Of a DNA stretch of 64,000 nucleotides, positions 59,079 to 64,000 are shown one piece after another. The DNA comes from Cirrosporium novae-zelandiae (Eukaryota): the NCBI GenBank assembly GCA_026023565.1, contig JAPETS010000028.1, positions 248,001-312,000 of the forward strand, written 5' to 3'. A program made the translations under genes and the position numbers. Under the pieces are notes generated by a model. It was not told the origin of the DNA and did no database searches. It saw nothing but the letters and a program-made list of their open reading frames with translations. Every line of letters starts with the position of its first letter. Within the stretch, counting starts at the first letter, position 1.

Positions 59079-60206
59079 TCAGGTCAAATTGTCGAGGCCC
59101 TCGTAACCATTAGCGAGAATCTTTTGTCGATTCTCTTCCCACCGTATCCAGGCCATCCCCTGGAGTAGACAATCCGCCAGATCATCAAGCTTCCCGATAT
59201 CAGCTTCAGCTGAGGTATCTTCATCATCAACCCCGTCCCCCGATGTCTTAGCATCTTTCTTCACCCTCCTCCCCCCTTTCCCCTTCCCTTTCTTCACCCA
59301 CTTCTCCAAATACCCCACCGCCGTTCCCTTCGCCCCAGACGCGGGACCCAACACGACCTCCCCCCCCTCCAACCACCCCCCAACCAAATCAACCTTCTCC
59401 CTCTTCCTCCTCGCCCCCAATCCCTTCGTCTTCCTCCCCCCCTTTCCCTCTCCCTCTCCCACCTTCTCCTTCCCCTTCTCTTTCTCCTCCCCCTCCTTAG
59501 TCAACCAAAACCCCGCCACCTTCCCCGGACTCACACTCACAACCTCTCCTGTCCACTCCCCCCGCTGCCGCAGCGCCTCCAACACCGCATGCAACATCGC
59601 TTCCAGCGTATTCACCCGCACAGTCCACTCCTGGATCGCGGATCCCCCAACGCTGCGCCATCGTTGCTGCTCTATTAGAATGTGGGTTGGGGTGGGGGTT
59701 TGGGAGAGGAGGGTTGTTAGGAGGGTGTTTGCGTGGTGGGAGAGGGTTGGAAGGATTTCTGGCTTTTTTGGTTTTTCGTTTGGGGGGAGTGGGGGGGTGG
59801 TTGTGGTAGTTGTGGTAGTTGTGGTGGTTGGGGATGGAAGTGGGAGAAATGAGTGATGGGTCCAGGTTTTGAGTTGGGGGGTTTGCGGTGGTGATGGTGC
59901 TGATTGTTGTTGGTCACTGACATCACCACTCTCGATTTTAGTTTTTTCTTTCGTTTTCGTTTTCGCTCTCGCCTTCTTAGTCTTTGGCGGAGTAGGAGGA
60001 ATCACAATATGACAATAAGCCAAATTCTTGATTCCCATATCGATACTAATAATACTCGCGGGGGTCACAAACAGGGGTGTCGCAAGGCGGAGCGATAGCT
60101 GCGAAAGCAATTGGGGTTTTGGCCCCGTGGTGTTGAGGCCTGTGGAGAGGGCTAGGCGTTTTAGTTGGGGGAGCTTGAGGGTTTTTAGGTGGTGGAGGGG
60201 GGACAT
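59079..60206 (-). CDS. CCE1: Mitochondrial Holliday-junction resolvase Ydc2/Cce1 (SAP + RNase H-like)
   Basis: SAP-like LKTLKLPQLKRLALSTGLNTTGPKPQL; SIDMGIKNLAYC; LIEQQRWRS; RVNTLEAMLHA; KLDDLADCLLQGMAW. Confidence 0.9.
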   Translation of the reverse strand: MSPLHHLKTLKLPQLKRLALSTGLNTTGPKPQLLSQLSLRLATPLFVTPASIISIDMGIKNLAYCHIVIPPTPPKTKKARAKTKTKEKTKIESGDVSDQQQSAPSPPQTPQLKTWTHHSFLPLPSPTTTTTTTTTTTPPLPPNEKPKKPEILPTLSHHANTLLTTLLSQTPTPTHILIEQQRWRSVGGSAIQEWTVRVNTLEAMLHAVLEALRQRGEWTGEVVSVSPGKVAGFWLTKEGEEKEKGKEKVGEGEGKGGRKTKGLGARRKREKVDLVGGWLEGGEVVLGPASGAKGTAVGYLEKWVKKGKGKGGRRVKKDAKTSGDGVDDEDTSAEADIGKLDDLADCLLQGMAWIRWEENRQKILANGYEGLDNLT

Positions 60207-60624
60207 GGCGTTTTTTTTGGGGGGGGGGGTTATGGCATCTGGTTGGTTGGTTGGTTAATTGATTGATTGATTAATTGATTGGGGGGGAAGGGGAGTTATT
60301 ATATCAATTGAACCTTTTCTGTCCGTCTATAGGAAATGGATGAATGGATAGGAGGGGAAATATTGGTTTTTTATTAGGTTCGTCCCGCGTGAAGCGAGAT
60401 GTTCAGGGGATCATTTTATGACATATGCAAAGGGGTCCCTGCAGCAAGCAAGCAGGCAAGCTACAAACATAATGAGCCTAACTATGCTTTCTACTCTATT
60501 AACGCTTTGTTTACATAAGGTAGGTTGGTAACTTTTTATATATGTATCTCTCTCCCTCTTCTGGATTTAAACCCTAATGTCAACCCTCAATCTCAGCTTC
60601 AATCTTCAAGAGTCCTGGCTAGAT

Positions 60625-61672
60625 TTAGTAAGGTGTATGCAGTTTCACAGTCTCATGTGATATGCTGCTGTGGGAACAAACTCCCAGAAATGAAAACATG
60701 TCTGAGAGGAGTTGGTTAGTAAGGCGTTAATTATCACATCGGTTCTATTCTCGTGAGGTTGGGGAATGGCCTTGGTCTTTTCTGAGCTTGGTATTGATGC
60801 GTTGGTGAGTTACGAAAGAGAGGGAAGAGTTACAGAAATGGAAGACCGAGGTTTATGAACAGAGATATAAGAATCAAAAAGATATCTGGAGGGTGTATGT
60901 GTGTATATGAATAAGATGAGCAATAGAATCGATCTCCCATAGATGAAAAAAAATATATAAAGTATAGAACAAAAAGACAAAAAGAATATCCAGCTCGCAT
61001 CAATTAGATCTGAGATATCCGAAACTCATCCACCCACTACTTTGCTACACTACGCTTGGTCCTTTATCCAAGGCAGTCATGGGGGATTGGTTTTCACAGG
61101 TCAACTAGTCCACGGTTCAAGCCCGGGTTAAAGGTGCCACACAGATGCGATTTGTGTGGTCTTGGAAGATCTCTCGACCAAGACGCCTGTCGGTTGAAAA
61201 AGAACGTGGTAATGTAATATTTAAGGGAGGGGTGGATGGGGTAGGGGTCAGGTTCAATTCTCAGGCTGTCCAAACAAAATGTCCCCTCTTTTTTTTTTCT
61301 GCTGCTTCTACTTCTGCCTCTCCTGTCTTAGGGTTTTATTGTTTCCAAATCAACATCTCGCCACCCACCATATCAGTCAGCTTGACTATTCAGCTGAACT
61401 ATTCTTTTTCATGCGTGGGTTAACTCTCCTCCTCTTTTGCTCTTGGATCAGATTACACTTGATGCAGTAAGATGTTTAGACATGACAGCCAGGATTCCAA
61501 ATCAAAGATTCCTTATCTAGTTGTATGAAACGAATGAGAGGGGGGCTTACGGTCTAGAGATGCAAGGGCAGAAGCGTCAGAGTTTTCATAAGGAGATGAA
61601 GAATGTTCAGATGATTGACATGGTCTAGATATAATATTATAATGGTGATGGTGTAATTGGCTTGTTTAGTAA
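60625..61672. promoter_or_regulatory. Three Yap1/AP-1-like response elements TTAGTAA (60625, 60716, 61666) upstream of GLR1
   Basis: Exact TTA(C/G)TAA matches; GLR1 is an established Yap1 target in yeast. Confidence 0.5.
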
Positions 61673-62052
61673 TAAGCCTCAGATTTGGGTCTCGGTCCAG
61701 AGTTCCGTATGGCGTCATGGTTGGAGGTACTTACTTGGTCGGTACTTTGGTGCACTTCAAATTTGTAATCACATGCTCCAGACATTATCAATTCTATATT
61801 TTTTTATATATAATCATTTTCTATCCTTCTTTCCCTTTTTTTGTTCTCCATTCTCTGCTACAATTTGCTTGTTAATTCTATGGAATAGACAATTCAAAGT
61901 AGAGAGTCTTGTTTGCTTTGTTTCCTCTCTTCCCGAGTTCCGTTATCCGAAACCTTGTGTCTGTTGGATATTTGTACCACGATTACCAAGGCTATATACA
62001 AAGAGACCATAAGGCTCCTGTACGACGGCATATCTTTCTATTCTCTGCCTAA

Positions 62053-63751
<1,699 letters not shown>

Positions 63752-64000
63752 TAGGTAGATAGACATATTAGAAGGAGAAGAAGACAAATAATCGTTAGAA
63801 GTAGAAGAGGGATTAGGATACATGAATTTCATATTTTTCGCTCTCTCTTACCTCGATTATTCACAGTCAATCAACCACACTAGTTCAGTCATAGCTTTAA
63901 AGCTCCTTTCTTTCTGGTTAATTGATGGCATGCGAATAGATGATACACAACCCACGATCACAATACAAATCCCTCAATGAATAAATAAATGTTGAATAAA

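Noticed and set aside
61072..61139. tRNA-like stretch with GGTTCAAGCCC and a weak A-box
   Set aside because: A-to-B spacing is too short, the T-stem is mismatched and there is no anticodon arm; at most a degenerate relic.

Overview
Eukaryotic (filamentous ascomycete, Pezizomycotina-type) genomic DNA: short GT-AG introns with CTRAY branch points, no operons, CRISPR arrays, rRNA or intact tRNA. About 18 spliced protein-coding genes are supported. The first ~13.5 kb looks accessory: a 4CL-like acyl-CoA ligase cut off by the window start, a divergent enoyl-reductase/Upc2-like Zn2Cys6 pair, two tiny TG...CA insertions with RIP-like differences, a NACHT-ankyrin NLR and a MITE with an 8-bp target duplication. 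The rest is mostly housekeeping: an atypical Atx1-like copper chaperone, SCP2-thiolase, palA/RIM20, an Atg38-like MIT protein, a LAM/Ysp2-type sterol transporter, an acyl-CoA thioesterase, ARG4, VFA1, YVH1, a C2H2 regulator, cytochrome c1 heme lyase, MVD1, a PEP12-type syntaxin, NDC1, Ydc2/CCE1 and GLR1, plus a HET-domain pseudogene. The most interesting signals are post-transcriptional: three uORFs joined by stop/start overlaps (ATGA, ATGA, TAATG) that run into the C2H2 ORF; a CUG-initiated mitochondrial-type presequence on glutathione reductase; long or structured introns (thioesterase, YVH1); and an abrupt C-rich to G-rich switch inside six genes. Exon boundaries were derived by eye and family calls rest on motif recognition; no database searches were run.
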